A DNA stretch of 64,000 nt from Saccostrea echinata (Eukaryota): positions 17,794,001 through 17,858,000 of the forward strand of contig NW_026889761.1 of NCBI RefSeq assembly GCF_033153115.1, written 5' to 3'. The notes below the pieces were generated by a model. It was not told the DNA's origin, made no database searches, and saw only the letters and a program-made list of their open reading frames with translations. The position numbers and the translations under genes were made by a program. Positions 50,256 through 63,075 of the stretch are shown in pieces; within the stretch, counting starts at the first letter, position 1, and every line of letters begins with the position of its first letter.

Positions 50256-52210
50256 GAGGTGCTGTTGTATTCACTGGCTATAGAACTGTTGAGAAGCGGT
50301 GATGGAGGATATAGTGTTACAGAGCATTATGAAGGAAGTTGTCATCTCATGAGAACTATCTGGTCTTTCTACCTCTGTGTAGATTATTTCATCGCGGGTT
50401 GGGGATGTTACGACGCATTTCAAATAATCAATTTTATTATCTTTCCCACAGTGAATTGTAAAATATAGTTCAATCATTTTTAAAAGAAGGCCCACTGATG
50501 GTTTAATCTGGCCCTGTAAAATTTCTTCAATATTGATCACCATCAGGCAGATCTCAAAGGTTTCCAAAGGTGTAAAAAAAATTGTGTTGGTTTCTGGATA
50601 TCCTGAAAAATCTTGAATACAGTTTATGTTTATATTAATACTCAGTATTTGAAAGGAAACCCAAATAATCTCAAAATCTATACAATAGTCTCATGTAAGA
50701 ACTTTTGTGTATAAAGTCTGTTTTTGTGTGCTTCACAGGTTCAGTTGCCCACTCTTTCCTATTTAAGAACGGTTATGAAATATGATTGAAGATTTTAAGA
50801 GTACTTAGTATAACCTCAGAAACTGGTCAGATGCTGATATTTTATTAAAATGAAATTTACAGGGCTGCATTATGCAAAAGTGAACCAAGCTATTTACTTA
50901 GGTTAATTAGTATCTACAGCTTCTTTAAACAATTTCAGTACTTGGAGTTATCTCCCCTATTTCTAAACGTAAATGTTTGTTGTTGTTTTTATGTAAGAAA
51001 TTATTTTAAGTATAAAGCAGATTATGTAACTGTTGTGATTTTTTTGGAATGTTTGTATTCTTATATGGAGCTTAATATATTCATTCTTTGTCATTCTTTA
51101 ACATGGGTATTTTTCATTTTTTTTTCTCTTGTTTAAAAGCCTTGCGTACTGAATGTTGTTTAGGTCTTCATTTGTTTCAGTTCTCTGTAAACTTCTGTTA
51201 TTATATCAAATTTTCTTTGTAATTTTGAATCTCTATGTCAAATGACAGCTTTCTAAGCAAATATTTTTGTTCAAAACCCAGTGATTTTAAAGTATATTAA
51301 TTAGCACCTTCTCTCTTAGGTTAGATTTCCTCTGCTTTTTATGTACATGGGAGTATATAGTTAGGTAATCTTGTATGTCCCTATTTGTATTTTTACCTCA
51401 CATCTTTTCTGTTCTTGTAGATATCCTGTTGGGGTGTGATAATATACAAGTACATGTTTCATCTTTGATACCTTGCTTACAAATCTGTTTATATTTGTAT
51501 TTTGATACTGTTTGAAAAAAGACAAAGGAATATGGTGGTATCTTGTTACCATGCAATGTCAGAGTCACTTATTGCAAATTTTATCAACTTTTTAAAATTT
51601 AGTTTTCTCATAATTATAATTCCAAAGTTTGTTGTTGCAGAGGTATTTTCAAGCTTTCCTTTTTTTTCTTGATCCACAATCATTTTTGAACAGGTCAGAT
51701 TTATGTCAGGTATTTTAAGCCAATGAAATACTAACTTATATTTCACAGAATTATAAAGGGTACAGTAATTATATTTTTATGTAAGGTAATGAAAATAATG
51801 ATAATTGTCTCTGATATTACTTTGTTGGACGTGTTTCATTTCCATTGGGTCATAATTTTAATTATGTGAATTTAAAGCATATCTATTTTAGTAATTGGTT
51901 AATTGAGCAGTATTTGTATATTATTACACCCCTTATGTTTTGTAAATACGCCAAAGAAGTAAAAACAAAAGAGTCATATTATAACACAACTTTCAAAAAT
52001 ATATTACCTTTTAGGAAAAGAAAATATGAATGAAAAATTGTCACATGTCAGATGTAAATGTACATTTATACAACCACAAAACAACTTCAACCATGAAAGA
52101 ATACATGCTGAGAATTATCAGTTACACACATGCATGCTCTACTGCCATTCAGTACAGTTCACGGACAATTACACACGTGAATTAACATGAAAACATTTGC
52201 CCTTTGTTTA

Positions 52211-52425
52211 CTGTAGATTCCTTATTTACGCAAGTCCTTAATATCGCAAAATGACTCTAGGACGTCAAATCGCAGGAACAATAATTCGCGAGTGAATGCT
52301 TGATCTAGAGATTTACATACATTTAATCACCATAAAAATAAAAGTGAGTAATTTAAATTCCTGAGTAGAAGTACTTGCAAAATCACGCAATAATTTTTTC
52401 CTCGCGTATATTTAGGAATCTACAG
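52211..52425. mobile_element. Tc1/mariner-type MITE, TA TSD
   Basis: ta|ctgtagattcct ... aggaatctacag|ta; absent at the homologous site (~61500). Confidence 0.88.
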
Positions 52426-53339
52426 TATACTCTCTGCCCTCAGGATTGAGTGTTCATGATTTCTGAGTAAAGCCCCGAGATCTCACTTTTTTTTATATGG
52501 CCCTGTTGTGAAGGGCATGCAAAACTGAGTTCTTTCCGATTTTATATTATTATAATTTTATTGTTGCTATTATAGCAAATGGTGCTTTTTATATAAGGAT
52601 GAAATTTTTCTTGTCTTTGTTAATTCTTTAGAGGGAATTACTTCAAAAATCTCCAGTTATTGAGATTGGCATAATAAAGTCAATGCTGCTTATCAAGATG
52701 ATCAAGATGTAATGTCTAGCAGTCAAAGAAGAGTTTTTGCCCCTTTAGATGGTTGTCAAACAACAGCGCCCCCTGAGAAGTAAATGGTTCTATTGGGATG
52801 GGGGGTCCTCACGGACAGTAAACAGTTCCACGGGAAGGGGGGTCCTTAAGGACGGTGAACACTTCCCCAAGGCCCCAGATTAAAAAAACACACGTCAGGG
52901 AAAGAAAAGTTCCCAGTAACATAACACCAAACTCACACAGACGACATACTATTCCACACTGTCAATTGTCAAGTCAAACGTGTGACCATTTGTTATAAAT
53001 AAATCATTAAACCTATGCCAGTGTTGCGTTCTTCTTTTGGAAGCTATTCTGATTTCCCCCCCCCCCCCCCCCCCCCCGTGAAATGGTTGGTGGAAAAATC
53101 GTGTTGAGGTAATATATTGATTATTGGTGAAGATTCCTACAAATATTGCCATAGTGTGACCTTTTTTTTTTTTTGCATAAATCATTTGATATCCACAAAT
53201 ATAAATACACTCTCTAAAGATGGCATGTATTATGATATGGCATTCATGTTCATTTGTCTGTTAGATTTACAGTGTCTGGTTCCTAACCCAGGAACAAGAG
53301 GCATAGAATCACAAAACTGTCAGCTGGTACATCTTAGGT

Positions 53340-54205
53340 AGAAGGTGTGTCGCAGATTAAAAATAAGTCACTGTGATCTATAATTATGTAGTTTTCGGAG
53401 ACGAAGTCTTCCAACAATCTGTTGGAATTCCCATGTGTCCCAATTACGCTACCTTATTAGCAGACTTATTTTGTATTCACATGAAGCAGAATTTGTTTTA
53501 AAAACTTCTACATGAAATAAAGAAGTCTTACTATGGCCTTCAATTCGAAATATAGATATATCGACGATGTTTTATCAATTAACAATATTCATTTCCACTC
53601 CTACGTTGATTCGATATATCCCCTTGAACTCGAAATAAAAAGACACCATAGAGTCTGACACATCTATTTCATATTTAGATATTCTACTAGAAAAAGACAT
53701 TAATGGCAACCTAACAACAAAACTTTGATGATAAACTCGATGACCAACTTTTCTATCATCGACTTCCCTTATTTATGTAGCAATGTGTCATTATCACCTG
53801 CAATGGAGTCTATGTCTCCCAGTTGATTCGATACGCAAGAACATGCTCTACGTACGAACAATTTACGAGTCAAGCTATTGACAAATAAGTTGATTTCAAC
53901 TGGGATATCAATATTCTATGGTCAATACGATGGCCTTGTTAGCAAATACAATCTTTTTTGTTGTGAAATAATGACTGATGTTTTTCAAACAAATTGTTAG
54001 GCCATTGTTTTCACACAGAATTGTTTACGGGTTTTCCGTTTGCCCGGTGATGACAAATACCGTAGCACACGGCGGATGTGACCGATCGACAGGGGATGCT
54101 TACTTCTCCATGGCGTCTGATCCCACCTATGATGTTTTAGAGGTTGTGTTTGCTCTGATTCCAATCTGTATTGTTCCAATGGATTTTTGAACTGTTCGTT
54201 ATCTT
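53340..54205 (+). mobile_element. 5'-truncated Penelope-like (Naiad-type) retroelement, RT pseudogene
   Basis: FQQSVGIPM..NYA.LLADLF, YRYIDDVLSINN (YIDD at 53557-53568), YPLELEIK, SYLDILL, FPYLCSN, VSQLIRYAR with frameshifts, then the conserved tail. Confidence 0.8.
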
Positions 54206-54335
54206 TATTTTTCATAACCAAGTATGTTAAATATTTGTCTGTCTTATTACTGGGAAACATTTACCCAGAATCATCAAATTTGGTCAGTTAATGTATCTTA
54301 TGACATATTAAATATCCAATAATAATGTACAGGTA

Positions 54336-55351
54336 CAGGGTGTTTCATAGTATATGTTACATTTTGAATCTTCAAATTAACAAACACAAGAAAAAGACAC
54401 AGAAAAATGTTCACATCAATTTAATACAGGTGTCCATTAGATTCATTATGTAAAATTACCAACCAAAATATTAAACACTGGACAAAATCTTAACCATTAA
54501 TGAAAGTAAGCAAAATTTCTAAATCATTTTTGTTACGTTGAAGTTCACAATGTCAAAGCCTCACATTACATGTTCTAAATCATCTCCGCCTATTTCAACT
54601 ACAAAAGAAAGTTCCTCATGGAAATTTTTATAACTGTTGTCACACATTGGTGAGACACTCATATTTTGTGTACTGTCCTTTATAAGCCATTTAGTATCTG
54701 GGATCTAGGATAAAGACCCTGTTCTTGAGAAACCTTTACAGAAGAAGGCTTAAAGATTGCAAATTCAGGGGCCAAAATCTTTATTTGGGGCGTTGCATTA
54801 TTGAGAATTTGTATGTTGATAACTTCATATTATATTTAAAGCTCAATACACACACAAAATGCTGATATGTCCAGGTTCAATTTCTGAAAACATCCATCTG
54901 ACACTTTTCTATAGAGTTTGCTGCATTATTTAAAGTCCCCACTTCAAGAAGATTTTCCCTTCTTGATCACATGAAGTCCTTATAATTAGTCTTCCTGGAT
55001 TATTGTGTCATTTCTCGCATATTGCCATCCTTGCCCTAACCTTTGTTACAAGCATTCTGATAAGCATCTTAGAAAGCTTCTTTTCTTTTGGAATATTTTC
55101 CTTCAATTTCTGAATGAATTCAATTTAGCAATATGTAGATAAGTTATGTCCATTTCAAAAAATATTCAAATAATGACAACGACATTTCTGTCTCAACTTA
55201 ACAATATAACTCAAAGATTTCCTTGACTTTTTCATGTTGAATTAAAATGGAGGATTTGATGTTTAAAATGATATATGGTTTGTATTAGAAATATGAAAGG
55301 TAAGAAAAATATCTAGATCAAAAAATGTAACATACATTATGAAACACCCTG
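54336..55351. mobile_element. Mariner-like transposon relic
   Basis: ta|cagggtgtttcata..tatgttacatttt ... aaaatgtaacata..tatgaaacaccctg|ta. Confidence 0.8.
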
Positions 55352-55448
55352 TACTACAAAAATGTACTGAAAAAAAGTTATGCAAGAGTTCTAATTGGAC
55401 ATTGGTGTTATCCATATCTCTCAGGAATAGGGCAGAGGAATTAAATCT

Positions 55449-55683
55449 GGCCCCAGGATCATGAAACATCTTAAGCTTAAGTCAATGTTGAGTTTTCTTT
55501 TATGTTGAATGTATTAAAGTTTTGTAGAAGTCAAGCAGACCAAAATCAAAATATTTTTCAATATTGCTTCACAAAAGTGTTGTTATCTGCAAATTTAGAG
55601 ATTAATTCAATAAACATTAAATATTTACAGCCATTTGAAAATTTGACTTAAGTCTAAGTCTGTTTCATGATCTCCTTACCTGG
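55449..55683. mobile_element. Short MITE-like inverted-repeat element
   Basis: ccaggatcatgaaaca.ctta.gcttaagtcaa / ttgacttaagtctaagtctgtttcatgatc..cctgg. Confidence 0.55.
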
Positions 55684-55924
55684 TCTCTTAATTGCAATTG
55701 ATAGCATCTGTCAAATTAAAAAAAATCTTCATGCCCAGCCCTTTGTTTTCAAAACTAATTTGACATTAACAAAATATTAAGTAATTTCTGCACCAAAAGG
55801 CAATAAAATGTGGAGGTTCCGATCCAAAGTCGAAAGGAATATTAATTCCTTAAAGCATATCATTGTTCAACGATTCAATAACGATTCAATCTTTGATCAA
55901 TTTGTCAAATTAATAACTGATTAG

Positions 55925-58900
55925 GTTTCTCTCTCTATGCCTGTGTTAGCCAGATTTCTGTTTCACACAGATAAAGATGTTCTATCTGATGCATGTTGGG
56001 CATTATCTTACTTATCTGATGGTCCCAATGAAAAGATCCAGTCTGTGATAGATTCAGGGGTGTGTCGTCGACTGGTGGAACTACTCATGTAAGTTTGTTA
56101 AAAGGAACAGCCGATCTGACAATGTGATGGTAACATTCATCTAGATTCAGAGCCATGTAGGCAGATTTGAAAAAAAAAAATATGAAAGATTTTGGTCAGA
56201 GAAGGCTTTCAAAAATGTTCTTTCATGAGCTAAACAAGAAATCTCGCTAAAAGCATTATTTTGAAACATTAAACCGTAGAAAAGTGAGTGTAAATTCTGT
56301 CCGTTGAATTCGTAGGTATATACATCTGAGTGTTGTCTCGGCAGCCCTCCGAGTAGTTGGAAACATAGCAATGGGAAGTGATTTTCAAAGACAGGTATTG
56401 ATCGAATTTATCATTTTGCATGCAATAAATTCTTGTTGTATGTTCCTGGATAATTAAAAAAGTGAGATATGATATGAATTATTAGCATCTGTTCATACTT
56501 AACTGTATTTTTTTTTTTTAATTTTTCCTAGATTATTTTGAACTGTTCTGCTCTGCCTTGCTTGTTACATTTACTCAGTAGTTCTAAAGAATCGATACAG
56601 AAGGAGGCGTGTTGGACAATTTCAAATAACAGCAGGAAACAGAATGCAAATACAGGTTTGTATGCTGAATATACACTTTATATAACATTTACTAAAGTTA
56701 AGACCTAAGAATTCAAATAAAATGATCTTAAAAGTTAGAGAAAAACCAAAAATCATGTTTAAGGGTTTCAACCCTAAAGCTAGTGGGAGGACTTAAATTT
56801 TGCACTCTAATAGATAAAACCTGCAATTATAGAAGTGAAATGTAAAGAAAATTGAAAAAGATGATGCAAATCTATATTTCATAGCTTTGTTATAGACATA
56901 ATATGACTTCAAAATGAAATTTCTATTTTTGTTATAGAGGAAGATTATTGTTTAGATACCAAAGTACACTAAGTGTTTTATTATCCAGATAGTACAAGAT
57001 ACAAGTATATGTATTTCTTATTGAAATGACATTTTGAGGCTTTTTTTGTAGTGTGTCATTGATGCCAATATATTTCCTGTTTTGATTGATATTCTGGGTA
57101 AAGCTGATTTTAAGACAAGGAAGGAGGCAGCATGGGCTATCACTAATGCCACTTCAGGGTGGTCACCAGAACAAATCAAGTAAATTTTGAAAACCACGTC
57201 AAGGGGGGAGGGTCACCAGAACAAATCAGGTAAATATTGTAAACCACGTCAGGGGGGTCACCAGAACAAATCAGGTAAATATTGTAAACCAAATCAGTGG
57301 GGTCACCAGAACAAATCAGGTAAATACTGAAAACCACGTCAGGGGGGGGGGGTCACCAGAGCAAATCAGGTAAATACTGAAAACCACGTCAGGGGGGTCA
57401 CCAGAGCAAATCAGGTAAATATTGTAAACCACATCAGGGGGGTCACCAGAGCAAATCAGGTAAAATATTGAAAACCAGGTGAATATAGAAATCTTTGTCA
57501 ACCAGGTAAAGATCTGGTCAGTCAGGTAAATATTATAGAAATCTAGGTCAATCAGGTAAAGATCAGAATCCGGTCAGTCAAGTGAGTAAAAAAATCTAGG
57601 TCAATCAGGTAAATAAAGAGAACCAGGTCAGATAGGTAAATACGGAAAATAAGCCAATGTCAACTGTTTCTTGTGTTTGAGAGCTTAGTTGGCCCCTTGA
57701 TATTATACATAAAACATTGAATTTCAAAGTAAAGGTATTTTGTTTGCATCCCACTGTGAAATTAATGTATAGACACTTTGATACATGTCATTAATGTACA
57801 GAGGTATTTAAAATAATCTTTTTTTTTCAGTGTTTTCATTTTGAGGACTAAGCATATCTTACTTTGACCTGTTCGGATTTTTCCTGTAGGTTTTTGGTAG
57901 ACCAGGACTGTATCCCTCCTCTGTGTGATTTACTGACAGTGATGGACCCTAATATTGTACAGGTGGCTCTTAGTGGTTTGGAAAATATTCTACGACTTGG
58001 AGAGCAGGACGCTAAAAATCACAATGGCACAAATCCATACACTGTTTTAATTGAGGAATGTTACGGTAAAAAGTGTCCAGATAATCTCTGGATGTCTTCA
58101 ATTCATGCCTGATGACAACTTAAACATGCATGCACTTGAAAGAACAAAGTACTTGTTGGGCTTCATTTAAATTAATTTCTAAAATGACTGCTTTACAATT
58201 TAAGTATCAAATGACTGAATAGAAATCGCAATTCATGATAATTTAAAATTTTTCTGTTGGTATCGGAGAAATTACGAATTTTTAAAAATTTTGGCAATAG
58301 AAAGCATAGTTCGCTTGCATAACCTAACTGAAATTCCTCATGTTAATTTTGATATTATTTAACACATAATACAAAAAAATCTCAGGGAGATGTATGTGAA
58401 CACCTTCAATTATTAAAGGTTAAAATTTTTTGGGTGTCATGGCTTTTTAGAACACCCGAGTCTAAGGCTCAGGTGAGTGTTGTGGCACATTGGCCTCTTC
58501 TCCACTCATGTCTGAAATATGACAAACTGATAACATAATTTCAGTCAGAAAAATAAATATTACAACCTTTCAAATTTTGCACAAAGATGCAAACTTTAGA
58601 AATAAATTTTAATAAAAACTGTATGTGCTTTAAAAAGTTCATTTGAGCAGTGAATAAGAAATTCAAGAAATTAATGATTATCTGTGAAAAGAGATTTTTT
58701 TGTAATTTCAGAAATTAAATATCTTTCTTTCTGATTATTTTTTCTGTATAAAAACCAAATAACTTCATTCTAAACTTAAGGTAGAGTTCTAGTACAACCA
58801 AACCTCGTTATCTCAAACTCGATGGGACTGAGAAAAAGATATCTGAGGATTCGAGATATGAGTGGTTGGAACTTCTAAATCGCGTCCACATATTCGTGGT

Positions 58901-59189
58901 ATTTAAAATATCAGTGATTAGGATACCAAAGTTTAACAATAATTTGAGCTAGAGTATTTACACACTTATCCTTTTTCCTCTGTATGTACATGTAGGTGTA
59001 GACAAGATAGAATTTCTACAAAGTCACCAGAACAGAGAAATCTACCAGAAAGCTTTCGACATGACTGAGCGATTTTTTAGGACGGAGGAGGAAGATCAAG
59101 CTGTTGCCCCTCAGCTGGATGAAAACGAGACGCAGTTTGAATTTAACGCTCCTGCTGAAAATGTTCCGATGGGCGGTTTCCAGTTCTAG
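55925..59189 (+). pseudogene. Partial tandem duplicate of importin-alpha (coding exons 8-13 with introns); homology extends to ~62088
   Basis: Exon copies 55925-56088, 56316-56394, 56532-56655 (2-bp deletion AATATAACA>AATAACA, frameshift), 57052-57179, 57890-58065, 58996-59189. [11 protein letters not shown] is changed to NIAMGSDFQRQ; no 5' exons or IBB. Confidence 0.9.
57149..57478. repeat. 45-50-bp tandem repeat x7 spanning a splice donor of the importin duplicate
   Basis: ggtcaccag at 57161, 57211, 57256, 57301, 57351, 57396, 57441; single copy in the parent gene (~47598). Confidence 0.92.
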
Positions 59190-59351
59190 GAGGTGCTGTT
59201 GTATTCACTGGCTATAGAACTGTCGAGTAGCGGTGAAGGAGGATATAATGTTGCAGAGCATTATGAAGGAAGTTGTCATCTCATGAGAACTATCTGGTTT
59301 CTCTACCTCTGATTATTGCATCAAAATTGGTACCGTATATGATTAACATTA

Positions 59352-59393
59352 TATCACTGAAGAGATATAATTTGTCGAAATGCGCATCTGGTA
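59352..59393 (+). ncRNA. Minimal type I hammerhead ribozyme within an internally deleted retrozyme copy (59317-59425)
   Basis: UAUCA CUGAAGA GAU-auaauuu-GUC GAAA UGCGCA UC^ UGGUA. The direct repeat catcaaaattggtaccgtatatgatt.acatt occurs at 59319 and 59394. Confidence 0.8.
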
Positions 59394-60382
59394 CATCAAA
59401 ATTGGTACCGTATATGATTTACATTCATTCTTTGTCATCCTTGAAAATGGGTATTTTTTTATTTCTCTTGTTTAAAAGCCTTGCATACTGAATGTTGTGT
59501 AGGTCTTCATTTGTTTCATTTTGTATCTTTGTGTCAAATGACAGCTTTCTAAGCAAAGATTTTTGTTCAAAACCCAGTGATTTTAAAGTATATTAATTAG
59601 GGCCTTCTCTCCTAGGTTAGATTTCCTCTGCTTTTTATGTATATGGGAGTATATAGTTAGGTAATCTTGTATGTCCCTATTTGTATTTTTACCTCACATC
59701 TTTTCTGTTCTTGTAGATATCCTTTTGGGATGTAATAATATACATATTTCATCTTTGATACCTTGCTTACAAATCTGTTTGTATTTTGATACAGTTTGAA
59801 AAAAGACAAAGGAATATGACAATATCTTGTTACCAATTTCAGAGTCACTTATTGCAAATTTTATCAACTTTTTAAAGTTAATTTTTTTCAACTTTTTGAA
59901 ATTAAATTTTTTCCTAATTATAATTTCAAATTAGGTGTTGCAGCGGTATTTTCAAGCGTCCCTTTTTTCTTGATGCACAATTATTTTGAACAAGTCAGAT
60001 TTATGACAGGTTATTTTAAGCCAATGAAATACTTGTATTTCACAGAATTATAAAGGATACAGTTATACCATGTTTATATAAGATAATGAAAATGATGATA
60101 ATTGTTTCTTATATTAGTTTGTTAACTGGACCTGTATCATTTCACATATGGGTCAAAATTAAAATTGTGTGGATATAAAGCATCTCTGTTCTAGTATAAT
60201 AAGAAAGGGAATTGGTTAGTTTGAGCAGTATTTGTATATTAATACACCATTTATGTTTTGTAAATACGCCAAAGAAGTAAAAACAAAAAAGTCATATTAA
60301 AACAGAACTTTCAAATACATGTATACCTTTTAGGAAAAGAAAATATAAATGAAAATTTTTCACATTTCAGATGTATATTTAT

Positions 60383-61371
60383 TAGGGATGGCAGTTTGTA
60401 ACCGGTTAACCGATTAATCGGTCGCAACGATGGTAATCGGTTAGGAAATCTGTAATCGGTTAGTTGGAAAAAAATAAAAATATGTGTAATTATCCTTAAA
60501 ATTAAATTTGCAAGTTAAAAAAAAATGAATGTTGATAAGTTATAGCGTTTTTACGTGCATGTATTTAGATATAACTTATTAGGACTCTTCGGACGGAGGT
60601 GTTGGGGTAATTGGTCAATTTGTGAAGTGTTAATTGCTGTTTAAACACCATGCCGTTACCCAGCTTGTCCTCTACATGTATTTCTTTAATGATAATAATT
60701 AAATCACCGTTGAGTATTGTGAACTGATTACATTGTGTATCTTAATTTTGCAGTTATCTGCCAATTTATATTTTTATGCAAACATTGTAAATCAAGTAAT
60801 AGTTTAAAAAGGTTTGTTCTGAGCTTTTGAGCAGATTTTTGTCTTGACCTCTTGAAAAAAAAATCGGCGTAATGTTTTAGTTCTTATAATAAATTTGGAT
60901 TCTACAATGCAAAATAAAAATCTATATTCAATTAAATCCCCATGATTTAATTGAGCTATGTGTATAGATTCTAAAAAATATACTTTGATAGCAGGATCCA
61001 ACCTCCTTAAACTTTGTTTCTGTTTATGGTGACAATGCAGAATGACCGTATGTAATGTTTGGGGTCGTCAGAAAGTTATCAATGTCCTTGATACAAGTAT
61101 CTCTTGGATGTTTTATGGTTTTCCTTTCGAAATTGAATTAAAATACGTAAAATAATACAGATCAAGCATAAACAGAACATTATTAATGCCTTTTTTCTTT
61201 TCTTTTCTTTATTTATATATTAATTTATTGGGAGGGGGGTATGAATAGAAGTAATTTTTTAAAAACGATGTCCGGAAAAGAGTATTTTGTTACGATTAAC
61301 CGGTTAATCGGTCGGAACGCCTTACGGTTAACCGATTGGCAATTTTGTATTCGATTCGATTGCCATCCCTA
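60383..61371. mobile_element. hAT-type non-autonomous element, 8-bp TSD
   Basis: atatttat|tagggatggca ... tgccatcccta|atatttat; subterminal aaccg/cggtt repeats; empty site in the parent copy (~52062). Confidence 0.92.
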
Positions 61372-62329
61372 ATATTTATCAACCACAAAACAACCTTATA
61401 TGAAAACAGAAAACATGCTGAGAATAATCAGCTACACACATTCACTACAAATTAAAGACAATTACACATGTATTGAACATGAAAACATTTGCCCTATGTA
61501 TATGCTCTCTGTCCCCAGGATTGAGTGTTCATGATTTCACGAGATCTCACATTTTTATATGGCCCTTTGTGAAGGGCATGTAAAACTGAGTTCTTTCCAA
61601 TTTTATATTATTATAATTTTATTTTGTTGCTATTATAGCAAATGGTGCTTTTTATATAAGGACGAAATTTTCTTATCTTTGTTAAATCTTGAGAATGAAA
61701 TACTTCAAAAAATCTCCAGTTATTGAGATAGGCATAATAAAGTAATCGGTCATGTAAATGCTGTAGATCCTCATAGAGAGGATCAAGATGTAATGTCCAG
61801 CAGTCAAAGAAGAGTTTGTCCCTTTAGAGGTTGTCAAACAACATCACCCAAGGGGGGTCCTCACGAACTGTGCCATGGGAAGGGGGCCCTTAAGGGCAGT
61901 GAACATTTCCCCATTTAGGGCCCAGGATTTAAATAAAAACCCACACACGTCAGGTAAAGAAAAGTTCCCAGTAACATAATACCAAACTCACACAGACGAC
62001 ATATTATTCCACACTATCAATTGTCAAGTCAAACGTGTGACCATCTATTATAAGTAAATCATTAAACCTCTGCCAGTATTGTATTCTTTTTATTTTAGAG
62101 AAGTCTTTTATTCGTGAAATTTTTGGTAAAAAATGTTTTGACGTTATCTTTTGGTAAATGTGCAGTTATCTGCAAGTATATGTACTACAAATGCATCACT
62201 GTCCATTTCGTCTCCAGTCCTTCAGCAATGGATGTAATAAACACAGTTAAAAAAAACTTTAAAACTTTGTTTAAAGCTGGTGACGTTTTTGTGTAAGGGA
62301 AAATAGATTTAACCCCATACAATGACAGA

Positions 62330-62436
62330 TGGAGATAACGAACGGTATTCAAGCTCAAAGTCTATTAAAACAATACAAATCGGGGGCAGAGCAAATACAG
62401 ACCTCTAAAAATACCAGACGTTGGATCAAGTGCCAT
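62330..62436 (-). mobile_element. Penelope-like element 3' tail fragment
   Basis: ggagataacgaacggtattcaagctcaaagtc..agcaaa..gacctct..ggatcaagtgcca, as at 13555-13655. Confidence 0.65.
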
Positions 62437-62879
62437 CAAAGAAAAGAAAGTATCAAACATAATTAGGACCAGTTTTTTAAATTTACTTTTTTTTTGTTTT
62501 AACCCGGGTTAACTGAAGAAATGTTAATTGGAGTGCTTGTCAACTGACACAGAACTTCAAGCCGATGTGTACCCTAAAATTAGCCTTAATACAAGAAGTT
62601 AATTTCCTGTTATATTTTTCTTATTTTTTTTCTTTTAAATCCCACAAATGGAAGCAGGTGGTTGTGTTAATTTTTTTTTATAATAATGATAATAGATTAT
62701 CTATATAACTTAAACTATAATACTTATTGATACTGTATTTGACATGTATATATATTTCATTGATCTGAGTTTATTCCGATGACAATTCATATCTGTTTTA
62801 ATGACCTTCACAATAATCTATTTTTAATCATCATTGCATTTTGCTTAAAGGTTACCCCATAAAATAAAATAACCAAAGC

Positions 62880-63075
62880 ACACATTGCATGCAGAAATAA
62901 CTCCAAATAAACCCTATCACACATTACCAGAAATTAACTACAAAAATAACCCCAACACCCATTACCAGAAATTAACACCAAACTAACCCCAACACACATA
63001 ACTCGAAAAAATAACCCCAACACAGATATAAACTCCAAGATTACCCAACACACATTGCCATATTTTAACTCCATA
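62880..63075. repeat. Degenerate ~35-40-bp tandem repeat
   Basis: Recurring ataaccccaacac.cattaccagaaattaact. Confidence 0.7.

Noticed and set aside
55925-59189. Functional IBB-less importin-alpha or mutually exclusive 3' exon cassette
   Set aside because: A 2-bp frameshift near 56625 and non-conservative changes in ARM motifs; treated as a pseudogene, though the last two exons remain open.
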